Origin: Blastocatellia bacterium
GTDB taxonomy: Bacteria; Acidobacteriota; Blastocatellia; UBA7656
DNA: 64,000 bases
Direction: 5' to 3'
Assembly: GCA_963765495.1 (NCBI GenBank)
Contig: CAVXWP010000016.1
Location: 96,001 to 160,000, forward strand
The first letter of the stretch is position 1; each line of letters begins with the position of its first letter. Position numbers and translations under genes: made by a program. The notes beneath the pieces are model-generated. The model worked only from the letters and a program-made list of their open reading frames with translations. It was not told the DNA's origin and searched no databases. Shown one piece after another: positions 20,291-30,443 of the stretch.

Positions 20291-20503
20291 TTATGTGCTC
20301 GGCGAAGCTATGCTGTGCGTGGCTGTAGCGCCTGCCTGCCGCACAATCATATGAGCGTCCACGTAAAGAAGCTTTGTTTGAAGCGCTCCGATCTCTTCGG
20401 AGGTCAGTCCTCCGCTGTTTTTTATCTCTGCCACAACCTGCGCATATTCTTTAAGGGGCTGATTGAAATATGCATTCAACAGCTTATCGATCCTGCTGGC
20501 CAT
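20291..20503 (-). CDS. Hypothetical small protein
   Basis: 70 aa, RBS aggag 7 nt before ATG. Confidence 0.5.
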   Translation of the reverse strand: MASRIDKLLNAYFNQPLKEYAQVVAEIKNSGGLTSEEIGALQTKLLYVDAHMIVRQAGATATHSIASPST

Positions 20504-20742
20504 TTTTATGCTCCTGCTGCAATTTTCACTTCTTTGGTTGCTGCTTTATCAGATCGGTAAGATAGCCGCGCCGCAACCGATTGTCAATGTCTCGGGCTAT
20601 CGCGCAAGGCTCAGGGATCGCCGATTGTTCCCTGCCGGAAAATAAAAGGAACGGCCCGCCTGGACCGTCCCTGTTCGGAGGCTATTATGTAAATGATCAA
20701 ACGGGGGAGTCTGGTTCTAGCCGCTCGATCATTTGAAGAGGG

Positions 20743-21462
20743 CTATTTGTTAGTGCTTGACGTAGTGCTGGCATTCGCACCGTCGGTTACGCTGCGGGTA
20801 AGGAGACGAATTTCGACGCGGCGATTCTGCGCGCGCCCTTCACGCGTGGTGTTTTCCGCCACGGGACGAACTTCACCGAATCCGAGAATATGCATTCGAT
20901 AGAGCGGTATATTATGCTGCTCGGCCAAATAACGGCGCACAGCATCGGCTCGCTTCTGCGTGAGTTGATCGTTGTAGGCCGCCGTGCCTACGGCATCGGC
21001 GAAGCCCTGGATTTCCAGTATATAGTTATTTCGGTCGGTTATTTGTGAAGCCAGTTGATCGAGCGATTCTTTTGCTTCAGGAGTGAGTTGAAAGCTATCA
21101 AACTTGAAATTCACGGTTGCCGTGTTTTGAAGCCCGTATTTATCGAGGTTGGTTCGCAGATCAGTGACCGATTCCTCCGTAGAGCTTACGCGGGTATTGG
21201 CCTGCTCGGCGCTCGATAGCGCGCTGTCAGCCTGTGACTGCACGCGATCAACTTTCCCTCGTACGTCGTTAACGCCTTCATTCAACTGTCCTATGTCCTG
21301 ACTGTTGCGGCGCGAAGTCTCTTCCAACTCCCCGGTGCGCTGTTCAAGAGGCGTAACTCGCTCGTTTATGCGATTGCGCGCGTACTTCTTTGTGGCGCAC
21401 GCCGTCGAACCCATTACTGCCAGCGCCATCAAAACCGAAACAACCATTATCCTGCTTTTCAT
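20743..21462 (-). CDS. OmpA-family lipoprotein with coiled-coil (alanine-zipper-like) N-terminus
   Basis: Lipobox-like STAC, VNFKFDS, IQGFAD, LTQKRADAVRRYL, NRRVEI; RBS ggagg before MKSRIM. Confidence 0.92.
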   Translation of the reverse strand: MKSRIMVVSVLMALAVMGSTACATKKYARNRINERVTPLEQRTGELEETSRRNSQDIGQLNEGVNDVRGKVDRVQSQADSALSSAEQANTRVSSTEESVTDLRTNLDKYGLQNTATVNFKFDSFQLTPEAKESLDQLASQITDRNNYILEIQGFADAVGTAAYNDQLTQKRADAVRRYLAEQHNIPLYRMHILGFGEVRPVAENTTREGRAQNRRVEIRLLTRSVTDGANASTTSSTNK

Positions 21463-21616
21463 ATCATTTCCTCCCACTTTCCATGATCGTAGAAAAGGCG
21501 ATGCGGTATTCATTTCCGCATCGCCCACGTGGTTACCGTCCTCACCACAGTAACCGTTTAAGAGAACGGAAAATGAAATAATCATCTACCCGTATCTCTG
21601 CCCCATCTGGTGTTAT

Positions 21617-21632
21617 TGCAAGAGCTATGCCG
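21617..21632 (-). promoter_or_regulatory. Putative sigma54 -24/-12 promoter of the OmpA-family gene
   Basis: Minus strand CGGCATAGCTCTTGCA = GG-N10-GC. Confidence 0.6.
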
Positions 21633-21756
21633 CCGATCAAAGGAGGAGAAACCCTTAGAATTTGGCCAAAAATGAAGGGATTGTGGAAGGCAAGACGTTG
21701 CCGGAGTTCGCGCAAAGGTAAAGATTACCAGTTGGCTATGTAAGATTTTCCGGCAA

Positions 21757-21839
21757 TTGCCCGTTGTCCGTTGTTCTTTGTTGAAAAATATTTACCCTGG
21801 ACCTGCGGTTTGCGCTCCATACAACGGACTATGGACAAT
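21757..21839. repeat. Degenerate inverted heptamer element CCGTTGT/ACAACGG
   Basis: ttgcccg-ttgtccg-ttgttct ... acaacgg-actatgg-acaa; right arm encodes the P450 last codons and stop. Confidence 0.6.
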
Positions 21840-23178
21840 CTCGCCCTTTCAGCGTCACTTTTATACCGTTCTTTGGTCGCAGGGTGATCGAGGGGGACGG
21901 GATTACGGGATGATCCGGGGCGAGCGTAAAAGTGAATCTTTGAGCAATGGTCGCAAGAATCAAGACGGCTTCCATAATAGCGAAAGAGTTTCCTATGCAA
22001 AGGCGCGGACCGCCGCCGAACGGGCAATAGGCATAGCGGGGCAATCGCTTTTCAAACTCATCAGTCCATCGGTCGGGGTTGAATCTTTCCGGTTCCGTGT
22101 AGTAACGCGGGTCTCTGTGCAGTACCCATTGGATTATATAAAGCTGCGAGCCTGCGGGCACATGGTATCCGCCGATTTTGCAATCCTCCAGCGCCTCGCG
22201 TCCGATGCTCCAGGCCGGGGGATAGAGCCTCATTGATTCCTTGATTACGCGGTGAGCATAAGGCAACCGTGACAGATCCTGAACAGATGGAGCCCGCCCG
22301 CCAAGTGCCGCTTTCAATTCACTAACCAGTTTTGCTTCCGCTTCGGGATGGTTGGCCAGCAAGTAAAATGTCCACGAAAGGGCCAGCGCCGTCGTTTCGT
22401 GACCGGCCAGAAACAGCGTCATAGCCTCGTCCCGCAATTGTCTGTCGGTCATCCGGCTGCCGTCTTCGTCCTGAGCCTCTAAGAGCATCGAAAGCAAATC
22501 GCCTCCATCGCGCCCGCTGGCTCTGCGTTTGCGGATGATGTCATAGATGACTCGATCAAGATTACGGACCGCCGCGTCGAAGCGCCTTCTGCCGGGGGTC
22601 GGCAGATAATTGTCGAGCATTCGCGTGAGGCTCCCCTCAGTAGAGAAGCGATCCATAGCGACTTCCAGAGCAGCGGTCACTTCTTCGGATTCTCCCACCG
22701 GGTCTACGTCGAACAGAGTTCGAGTCACAATGTTCAAAGTCAGCCGCATCATCACGCGATGAATGTCGAGAGACTGGCCGGGCTGCCACTCTTCAAGCAT
22801 CTGCTCGGTATAGGCGACCATAACCTCGCCGTAAGAGTTTATGCGGTCTTTGTGGAAAGCGGGTTGAGCGAGCCTGCGCTGGCGGAGCCAGAAGTCGCCC
22901 TCGCTCGTCAATAATCCGTTGCCGAGCAGCCGCCCAAAGTTGTACATCCGCGCGCTCTTGTCCTTTATGAAATTGCGATTGTTTGTGACCAGCGCGTATT
23001 CGACATAATCCGGGTGATTGAGCAGATAGCCCCGGATGTTGGCGAAGCGGATGCGAACTATATCGCCGTACTCGCGCGCGCACATCTCAAGAAAAGAGAG
23101 AGGCGAGCGGCTGAGTTCCGGCAGGCTGCCGAGCAGGAAATTACCCTTTGGTCCGGGTGGTATCAATGCAGTTGTCAT
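21829..23178 (-). CDS. Cytochrome P450
   Basis: AGHETT, ESMR (ExxR), PERF, PFGGGPRLCIG heme motif. Confidence 0.96.
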   Translation of the reverse strand: MTTALIPPGPKGNFLLGSLPELSRSPLSFLEMCAREYGDIVRIRFANIRGYLLNHPDYVEYALVTNNRNFIKDKSARMYNFGRLLGNGLLTSEGDFWLRQRRLAQPAFHKDRINSYGEVMVAYTEQMLEEWQPGQSLDIHRVMMRLTLNIVTRTLFDVDPVGESEEVTAALEVAMDRFSTEGSLTRMLDNYLPTPGRRRFDAAVRNLDRVIYDIIRKRRASGRDGGDLLSMLLEAQDEDGSRMTDRQLRDEAMTLFLAGHETTALALSWTFYLLANHPEAEAKLVSELKAALGGRAPSVQDLSRLPYAHRVIKESMRLYPPAWSIGREALEDCKIGGYHVPAGSQLYIIQWVLHRDPRYYTEPERFNPDRWTDEFEKRLPRYAYCPFGGGPRLCIGNSFAIMEAVLILATIAQRFTFTLAPDHPVIPSPSITLRPKNGIKVTLKGRDCP

Positions 23179-23248
23179 AACTTGTTTCAAACCAGGGCCA
23201 ATCTTATAATGTTTTCACCCAGGTTTTCAAAGCATCAGAGGAGCAACC

Positions 23249-23599
23249 ATGAGCAGTGAAGACTTCACACAGAAACTACCCGACAGCGATCGCCTCGATC
23301 AGCTTATCACCCTGGCTCAAGGAATAGAGACTCTTGTTGGAGGAATAGACGTTCGCCTGACGAGCCTGGAAGAAAAAGTAGACGCGCGTTTGCACGACAC
23401 GCGCCCGATTTGGGAAAGCGTTCGCTCGGACATAGCCGAATTGCGCAAAGGACAGGAGCAGCTTCGCTCAGATATGGTGATTGGATTGCGAAAAGTCGAG
23501 CGAAAGATAGGCTTACTCAATGACGACTTTCTGCAAATGAAAACCGATCAGCGAATGCTTGAAGACAGGATAGAAAAACTGGAACCTCAGACCCCTTGA
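23249..23599 (+). CDS. Hypothetical coiled-coil protein
   Basis: 116 aa, RBS gaggag, heptad pattern. Confidence 0.7.
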   Translation: MSSEDFTQKLPDSDRLDQLITLAQGIETLVGGIDVRLTSLEEKVDARLHDTRPIWESVRSDIAELRKGQEQLRSDMVIGLRKVERKIGLLNDDFLQMKTDQRMLEDRIEKLEPQTP

Positions 23600-23638
23600 G
23601 ATGCTGCCCTGTTGTCGGCTTACAAATCTAACCGACAT

Positions 23639-23715
23639 GAAGCCCGCCCGATAACTGAATAACACGTGAATAACTAGAAAATCTTTTTCGTCTGTCCGCG
23701 CATCGAGCGGGCTTC
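23639..23715. terminator. Inverted repeat between convergent genes
   Basis: gaagcccgcccgat ... atcgagcgggcttc with a long loop. Confidence 0.4.
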
Positions 23716-23724
23716 GACCTTACA

Positions 23725-24174
23725 TCAGCACTTGCGCCGTTCCCCGCGTTCGCCATGCTCTCCTCTGTGCCTGCGATGCCTGGCCCACTCTTCGACGCTC
23801 TCGCGTATGAATTCTCCGAGGTCTTCTATTTCGCACGCCGATTTGCGCCAGAACTCTTTGAAGGTTACAGGGTCGAAGGCCACGCCATAGGCTTTGCCCC
23901 ATCGCCCGAACTGCCCGACTTCGTCTTCGTAGTAAGCCGCCAGTTGACGACAGGCCATAGCAGCCACCGTAAGCGAGCTCTCCGCCGCGAGAGGGCTGAA
24001 TACACTGGTCAACTCCGAGTCAAGCTCTTTTAGCCGCGCAAGCACGCGATTGTACTGATCTACGCAGTAGGTGGCCGTATCCTGAGCGCCTCCGGTCCAT
24101 TCAGCCTGCAAGGCCATGCGCGAAGTGCGGCGCAATACATTGACAAGTTTTGCTATCTCTTTTTCTCTTTCCAT
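23725..24174 (-). CDS. Hypothetical soluble protein coupled to an ECF sigma factor
   Basis: 149 aa, overlaps the 3' end of the sigma gene; RBS gaggtg. Confidence 0.75.
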   Translation of the reverse strand: MEREKEIAKLVNVLRRTSRMALQAEWTGGAQDTATYCVDQYNRVLARLKELDSELTSVFSPLAAESSLTVAAMACRQLAAYYEDEVGQFGRWGKAYGVAFDPVTFKEFWRKSACEIEDLGEFIRESVEEWARHRRHRGEHGERGERRKC

Positions 24175-24743
24175 TTTTCACCTCGTTTCAATAATTCGAT
24201 CTGTTCGCGCATCAACTGTTTTCCTCGATGCACGCGCCATTTCACGGTCGAGAGCGGCACGCTCAGAAAAGCCGCTATCCGCTTGAGCGGCATCTCGTCT
24301 TGATAGCGAAGCCGCAACACCATCGCGTAATCGGCGGGAAGTCGTTCGAGAGCGAGATTCAGTTCTCCGTCATCGTCGCCTGCGCCCACAAGGGGCCGCG
24401 CAAGCGCCTGAACCTGTTCGAGCAACACCTCATCCAGTTCTACGCGCCCGGCCTCACGCGCCCGCTCGCGCTTGCTGAGGCGAAAGGCGCGATGACGGGT
24501 TATAGCCGAAAGCCAGGCGGCAAACTTTCCGGGCTCTTCAATCGAAGGCAGCGCTTTGAAGGCGAGCAGCAGCGCATCCTGAGCCACGTCTTCGGCATCC
24601 TCTCGACCGACTATGGCCTGAGCCGCGCGCACGACCGCTGCCCGGTACCGCGCGGCAAGCTCATCGAACGCGCCGAGATCGCCGAGTATAGCCGCGACCA
24701 CAAGCACCTCATCGGGCGGCTCTGCACTTGCCTTCGCCATCAA
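24153..24743 (-). CDS. ECF RNA polymerase sigma factor
   Basis: AFDELAARY, DAEDVAQD, FAAWL, LERLP...IAAFLSVPLSTVKWRVHRG. Confidence 0.93.
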   Translation of the reverse strand: MMAKASAEPPDEVLVVAAILGDLGAFDELAARYRAAVVRAAQAIVGREDAEDVAQDALLLAFKALPSIEEPGKFAAWLSAITRHRAFRLSKRERAREAGRVELDEVLLEQVQALARPLVGAGDDDGELNLALERLPADYAMVLRLRYQDEMPLKRIAAFLSVPLSTVKWRVHRGKQLMREQIELLKRGEKWKEKKR

Positions 24744-24830
24744 TTGCTCCAGAGCCGTTGCTTCGGATCTTCAACGGCCTCCATGAATTATAGAGACATA
24801 CGGCGGGAAAAAGGTTAGCAAGCGGGAAAG

Positions 24831-24890
24831 AATTTGAGATTCGAGATCTGAAAACTCAAAACTCAAAATTCAAAACTCAAAACTCAGATT
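24831..24890. repeat. Hybrid family A/B heptamer array
   Basis: aatttgagattcgagatctg then aaaactc/aaaattc x5, abutting the stop of the Slt-like gene. Confidence 0.8.
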
Positions 24891-27332
24891 CTATCTGGGC
24901 TTGAGGTCTTTGGTATAAAGATGTTGATAAGCTCGATAATTATTCATCACCTTGCCGACATAATCTTTCGTTTCCGGGATGGCCACTTCGCCCAAAAGCA
25001 GGTCGTAATCATTCGACTTGGCGCGAAATATCCATCGCTCGACGTTCTGCTCGCCCGTGTTGTAAGAGGCCACCACGGCATAGGGATTATCTGGAAAGAG
25101 CTTGAAGAGTCCGGCGACATAGCGCACTGCGAGCCGGATTGCAATTTGCGGATCGTATACGTCATCAAGCTTGAAATTCTTTATTCCTTCTTCCCGGGCC
25201 ATCTGCTCCGCGGTCTCGGCTATGAATTGCAACAGCCCGCGAGCCGCCGCTCCGCTCTTGACCGCCGGATCAAAGCGGCTCTCCTGCCGCGCAAGCGCCA
25301 GTACCAGACGCGGATCAACTCCCGCCTGTGGCGCGTAGCGGTCAAAGGCATCCCGATATGGCGCGGGATACATCATCTCGGCCAGATCGCGCGGCACAAG
25401 CTCTATGCGATAATCCTGCGGGACGGAACTAAAAAACGGCTCGGCGAATCTGATCGCGTATTTCGATTGATCGCCGCGATTGCTGTAAACCGCGAGCGAA
25501 TAAGCCGTGTTGCTGCCTCCACCCGTGGTAGAGACGACCACATCGCTCAGGTCTTCATCGTTTGACTCAGCCGATTTGTCATCCGAAGCGCGACGGCCTC
25601 CGAACCCGCCCAGCCGCACTTCGGTCGCGCCCTCATCATACAATCCCAGAAAGATCAGTTCCGCCCCCAGCGCCTGATGAGAAGAGCCGGGTCTAAGAGT
25701 CTCGTCCGAATCGATCACATCGCGCGCTACGGGGATCAACCGGAACCGCGAGATAGAAGAGTATGCGGGAAGATGGCTGTAACTTGCTCTCAAAATCGAA
25801 AGCATCTCGCGTTGAACGCCCGTGTCCTCGTCGAGCCTGATCGCCTGTGTGGCCGCGTCTTTCGCCTCACTGTAGCGCCCTGCCTGAAGCGCCGCTCGCG
25901 CCTGATCGGCGTACCTGCGCGCCATTGGTTCGATCACGCGCCGCCCTTCGGGAGTGCGAGCCATCGCTTGAAGTCTGAGCGTTGCGCGGTAGCCGAAATA
26001 ATTATCTCGTCCGTCAGGGATAGCCATGTAAAGCCGCGCCGCTTCACCAAGCCGCCCCATCTGCTCTATTGCGAATACGCGCAGGAAAGCGGCCTCGCCG
26101 CGAATCGGCGCGCCGAAAAGCCTCGGGTAGACGCGGTCTACAGAAAGCCGGGTCAGCAGAGTGAGCGCCCGGTCGTAATTGCCCTGGACCATTTCGATCT
26201 TCGCTTCATTGTAGAGGCCGACCGTAGCCAGCGGTTTGCCCGCAAATCGCTGCTCGATTTGCCGCGACCACTGAATCGCCTCAGCCGGTTTGCCCGCGTA
26301 ACGGAAGCTGTCTACCGTATTGCGATACGCGGATTCTATCAAGTCGCTGTCGGGATATGCCGAGATAAAGTCAATATACCTCTGGGCGGCCTCTTCATAT
26401 CGCTGCGCCTTTTGAAGCGCCGTGGCAACCCAGTAATACCCCTGTTCGCCTTCGGTCTTCGTAGGAAACTCCGTGTGCGCCCGTTCAAACCATTTTATGG
26501 CTTCCTCTTGATTGTCTTCTCGATAGTATGTGAATCCCGTCTGATAGAGCGCTTCGGCGCGATTTGCGCTTTCGGGAAAGCGTTCGACTATGTTGAGAAG
26601 ATGCAAGCGCGCCTCTGGCCAGTGGCGATTGTGCAGATAGATTCTGGCTCGACGGAGCGATTCGAATTCGTCTGCCTTGACTCCCGCGTCAGTGTCGAGA
26701 CGGTCAAGCCCCGCAGCGGCTGAGAGCGCATAATCATCTCGCGAGCCCGCGACCAGCTGATTGAAAATCGTCTGCGCCGACGAGCGATCACCCGCCCTCG
26801 CATAAGCCTCGCCAAGCAGAGCCATCGCTCCGCGCCCGCCTCGCCCCCGCGTTGCGGGCCGAAGCAGCGCTATAGCCGCGCTGTACTGATTGCTCTCAAG
26901 CAGACTGTCAACCATTCGCTCGCGTGCGCGAGTAACGAGTGCGCTCGACGGATAGGAGGCAAGGAGTCGGTTTATATATTGTCGCTCAAGCGCCAGGTCT
27001 TGCGCGCTTCGGGCAATGACGGCCAGATGCCACAGGCAGTACTGAGCGAGCGCGGATTTGCGATTGAGGATGTCCAGATAAAGCGCCGCGGCTTCGGTTG
27101 TAGCGCCACGTCTCTCCTTCAAACGCGCCAGAAGATAATCATAGTTATTGCGCGTGAAGGCAGCCCTGTCGCTTGCGCGCAATGCGTTGACAAGGCTTTC
27201 GGCGCGGTCGAAATCGCGCGTCTCCATAGCGGCGCGTATCTCTTCGGCTCTGGTTTCAAGCCCCCCGGCGGCGGCCTGATTCGCAAAAATGGCTATAGAG
27301 AAAAAGAGCGCGGCAATAAATAATCGAAGCAT
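24891..27332 (-). CDS. TPR-containing soluble lytic transglycosylase
   Basis: Signal peptide, multiple TPRs, C-terminal SLT motifs ARQESRF, GLLQF, SYNTG, ETKDYV. Confidence 0.92.
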   Translation of the reverse strand: MLRLFIAALFFSIAIFANQAAAGGLETRAEEIRAAMETRDFDRAESLVNALRASDRAAFTRNNYDYLLARLKERRGATTEAAALYLDILNRKSALAQYCLWHLAVIARSAQDLALERQYINRLLASYPSSALVTRARERMVDSLLESNQYSAAIALLRPATRGRGGRGAMALLGEAYARAGDRSSAQTIFNQLVAGSRDDYALSAAAGLDRLDTDAGVKADEFESLRRARIYLHNRHWPEARLHLLNIVERFPESANRAEALYQTGFTYYREDNQEEAIKWFERAHTEFPTKTEGEQGYYWVATALQKAQRYEEAAQRYIDFISAYPDSDLIESAYRNTVDSFRYAGKPAEAIQWSRQIEQRFAGKPLATVGLYNEAKIEMVQGNYDRALTLLTRLSVDRVYPRLFGAPIRGEAAFLRVFAIEQMGRLGEAARLYMAIPDGRDNYFGYRATLRLQAMARTPEGRRVIEPMARRYADQARAALQAGRYSEAKDAATQAIRLDEDTGVQREMLSILRASYSHLPAYSSISRFRLIPVARDVIDSDETLRPGSSHQALGAELIFLGLYDEGATEVRLGGFGGRRASDDKSAESNDEDLSDVVVSTTGGGSNTAYSLAVYSNRGDQSKYAIRFAEPFFSSVPQDYRIELVPRDLAEMMYPAPYRDAFDRYAPQAGVDPRLVLALARQESRFDPAVKSGAAARGLLQFIAETAEQMAREEGIKNFKLDDVYDPQIAIRLAVRYVAGLFKLFPDNPYAVVASYNTGEQNVERWIFRAKSNDYDLLLGEVAIPETKDYVGKVMNNYRAYQHLYTKDLKPR

Positions 27333-27525
27333 TACAACCCCTTGATCGGATTTCCTGCTGAGTCAGTTATCGAAATTTGAGGGCGGCGAATCGGCAGGCA
27401 ACCAATCCAGCCCGGATAGTCTCAACCCGCCACATCAATTATCACACGGGACACTTGCATCGGCAAGAAAGGGAAATTGACGGACAAACGCAAAGTCTGA
27501 TTTTCCCTCGGGGCGACTATTGGGC

Positions 27526-27589
27526 AGAGGCGGATAAACGAAGAGCCACAGATGTTATTTCCACCGTGGCTCTTCGTTTATCCGCCTCT
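27526..27589. terminator. Perfect 24-bp stem hairpin downstream of the TPR gene
   Basis: agaggcggataaacgaagagccac-N16-gtggctcttcgtttatccgcctct. Confidence 0.7.
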
Positions 27590-27618
27590 ATCAAGGCTGA
27601 GTTTGTCGGGAATCGGTT

Positions 27619-28869
27619 TCAGGGTTTGCGGCGACGCTTTGAGCCTTTTTCCGGCTCGACATTAGCCGCCTTCTTAAGCGCATCAAGCGACTCTTTCACA
27701 GTGGCCGCCCGGCTGTCGTTTGCAGGAGCTTTACTGGCGAAATCGCTAAGATAATTAGCTGCTTCCTGATAATTGGCTTCATTGCCTGTAGCAAAGAGAG
27801 TAAGGCCAAGACCATACAACGCATCAATATTGCCCGGGTCGGTGGCCAACACTTCTTTGTACGTTTTTATCGCATCATCCGAACGGTAGGCCGTGCGATA
27901 GAGATCCCCTTTGGCAACATTCCATTTCGCGCTGTTGGCCGTATCAAGAGCCCTGGCCTTGTCAATCGCCGTGACGGCTTGATCAACGGCATCCGTCTGC
28001 TGGTAGAATTCAACCAGAAGCTTGGCATTCTTCAGCCAGATGTTGTAGTAATTGATCAATTCGTTATTGAGATTCGGGCCGGGTTTTGGCGAAGACGAAG
28101 CGATACTGATCGCCTTGTTTATCTCTTCGATGGCCTTCTCGAAATGAGGCTTTGCTTCATCGCGCTTTCTTTGATTGAAAAGCGGAACGGCTAACTGATA
28201 ATGGGCCTCGGCGGCGTTGGCATGCGCTTTGTAAGCCAGTTCCGTGAATGCCGCGTGCTTGCCGGGGTCCACCGCCGATGCGGCCTCAAACTCGCTCACC
28301 GCGCCGGAATAGTCGTTTGTGTTCATCAATTCCAGACCGTGGTTATAGCGCGCCACTGCCTGATCGAAGGCGGCCTGCATCTCCTTGCTCTCTTTCGCCT
28401 TGGCCTCATATTCCTTTTGCGCGGCTTCGGCAGCCGCTTTGTTTTGCGGCGTGGCGGTTGAAGGTGCGCCCTGTCCTTCCTGAGAGAGGGTCTTTTGCAC
28501 CTCTTCGTAGGTTATCTTGGCTCCGTCGCCGGGGTTTCCGACAAGGTCTATGGCTCCCTGTGTTATCCTGGCGTCCGTGATAAAGGTCGGCTGCATACCG
28601 GGACCCGACGCGGTTACAATAAAGGTTCCCTGTACAGGCAATCCGAGACGCACGTAGTGGCCCGACTTGTCGGTTTTCATATCCCAATGGCCTTTGATGT
28701 CGGTACGATAAACATCAACCTGTGCGCCTGGAACCGGCGTCATCGTTCCATCCGCATTCTTTATCTTGACCGTTCCTTCGATTGTTCCGGTCTGCGCAAA
28801 TACCATTATGGATGAAGCAATCAAAATCGCGCTGAGACTGACGGCTCTCCTCAAAATCTTGCTTACCAT
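27619..28869 (-). CDS. Secreted carboxypeptidase-regulatory-like domain + TPR protein
   Basis: Signal peptide, GTIEGTV...PVPGAQV...TDKSGHY, TPRs; RBS ggagg. Confidence 0.85.
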   Translation of the reverse strand: MVSKILRRAVSLSAILIASSIMVFAQTGTIEGTVKIKNADGTMTPVPGAQVDVYRTDIKGHWDMKTDKSGHYVRLGLPVQGTFIVTASGPGMQPTFITDARITQGAIDLVGNPGDGAKITYEEVQKTLSQEGQGAPSTATPQNKAAAEAAQKEYEAKAKESKEMQAAFDQAVARYNHGLELMNTNDYSGAVSEFEAASAVDPGKHAAFTELAYKAHANAAEAHYQLAVPLFNQRKRDEAKPHFEKAIEEINKAISIASSSPKPGPNLNNELINYYNIWLKNAKLLVEFYQQTDAVDQAVTAIDKARALDTANSAKWNVAKGDLYRTAYRSDDAIKTYKEVLATDPGNIDALYGLGLTLFATGNEANYQEAANYLSDFASKAPANDSRAATVKESLDALKKAANVEPEKGSKRRRKP

Positions 28870-29070
28870 CACGATTCCTCCATTAAATCTACCGGGTAAT
28901 TTTTCTATCAGATGAAATCTCACGTGTTAGGATGCCTCACTTGCGGCATCAGTTGGCAGACAAATTATGAATCTGAATTTCTCTGCTTAAAACAGGCGAT
29001 AGCTCAAAATCTCAGTCTATACCAGAGGTTTTCGAGTGTCAACGTAGCAGTTTCTCTCGCGGCGGCATAG

Positions 29071-29118
29071 AAAAATCCCGGCCTCCGACCCTTCTTAAAT
29101 CCGGGCCGGACCGGGATT
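29071..29118 (-). terminator. Intrinsic terminator
   Basis: aatcccgg...ccgggatt stem followed by a T-run on the minus strand. Confidence 0.55.
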
Positions 29119-29178
29119 GATCTCTCTTTTTGAGCCCTCTAATCAGGCGACAACGCGCTCGATTTTTTGAGACGGGTA

Positions 29179-30132
29179 TCAGCCCTGCGGGTTATATTCC
29201 CAGTGCCAGGGTTCGTAGAAATAAGGCCGGAATCCAAAGCGAGCGGCATTCTTTACCAGCCAGCGATAGACCGGCGTTTGAACCTGAATCATTCGGTTGT
29301 CATCTTTGGTGCTTACGGGTTCGCCCCCGACATATATGTCAAGCGCGCGGCCCGTAAAATGCGGGCTGTTGACGGCCAGACCCGCGCGCCCGCTCGTGGG
29401 CGATTTCTTGCGAAGCTCGGCCTGATACTCGGGCGAACGATAGGCCGATATTATCTTGAGATACTTTTCGCCTTCGGCAAGATCGCCCGTTCCCGTCACT
29501 CGAAGCCCGAGCGATTTGTCGGATGCCGCTGCCGCTACCATGCGTTTGTACGCCATGTAGGTTTGGCGTTCTACCTTGCGAAGCTCCTCCGGGCGCGAGG
29601 CATCAAAACAATCTGAGATCGGGGCCGTGACAAGCTGGTCATCCGTGGGCAGCGTACGATTCTTTATCCGGCGCGATTGAAAATCCTTTATCATGCCAAA
29701 CCACGTGCCGTTATCCAGAATGCCGCTCGAAACGAGCCCGCTTCTCTTTTGCCATCGGGCGAGAGCTTCGGCAAAACTATTCTCCTCGGCCGTATCTTCG
29801 GCGTTGATCGTCGCCGAGATCAACGGCACATACAGTTCCCAGCCTAACTGCGATTTTCCGCCAAAGTCCCAGCGCATCTCCTTTCGAAGTCGGATATTTT
29901 CAAGCGCCGCCGAATTAAAAGCGGAGTTTGCCGAAACTTCGGGTTTAGAGCCTTCCGCGCGCGCGGGTCCGGCAGGCGAGGATAATCGGACCACGGATTT
30001 ATCTTGAACGGAAGAGGCCTTTACCGATTCGATCTTACCGGCTTGCCCGGCCTGAATCGCTTTGAGCCCGAACGCCATTAATACGGTTATAAATAAAACG
30101 ACTATTCCGATATTTGCCCTCTTGTTCGACAC
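29179..30132 (-). CDS. D-Ala-D-Ala carboxypeptidase (VanY/M15B family)
   Basis: ISAYRS, SPHFTGRALD (SxHxxGxAxD), WLVKNAARFGF, EPWH. Confidence 0.9.
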   Translation of the reverse strand: MSNKRANIGIVVLFITVLMAFGLKAIQAGQAGKIESVKASSVQDKSVVRLSSPAGPARAEGSKPEVSANSAFNSAALENIRLRKEMRWDFGGKSQLGWELYVPLISATINAEDTAEENSFAEALARWQKRSGLVSSGILDNGTWFGMIKDFQSRRIKNRTLPTDDQLVTAPISDCFDASRPEELRKVERQTYMAYKRMVAAAASDKSLGLRVTGTGDLAEGEKYLKIISAYRSPEYQAELRKKSPTSGRAGLAVNSPHFTGRALDIYVGGEPVSTKDDNRMIQVQTPVYRWLVKNAARFGFRPYFYEPWHWEYNPQG

Positions 30133-30443
30133 GTTTATTCTCCTATTTAATTTGAACTGAACAGCAGTAATTTTACTATATAACCGCCTTTTATCTCAAC
30201 AATTTGGCCCGCCCGCACCCGTATCACAATAAAAAGAAAACAATTGCGCCCTCAAGCTTTGGCCGATTGTCGGGCGAGTAAAAATGTCTCTGTAAAGAGA
30301 TCGAAAGCTTAACTTGTAGTGGCGAACCGCGTGCAGGCGATGGATAATATTACCCGAGTGTGCGAGGCGCGTTTTGTAAGATCGCGCCCGTCTGCGGTAT
30401 CTTTATGAGTTCGCGGGCAATCAATCAAATAATGAGGAAAGAT

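Noticed and set aside
27461-27520. c-di-GMP-I riboswitch-like words (GGCAA, GAAA, ACGCAAAG)
   Set aside because: The P2 pairing does not form properly and the strand is opposite to the downstream gene.
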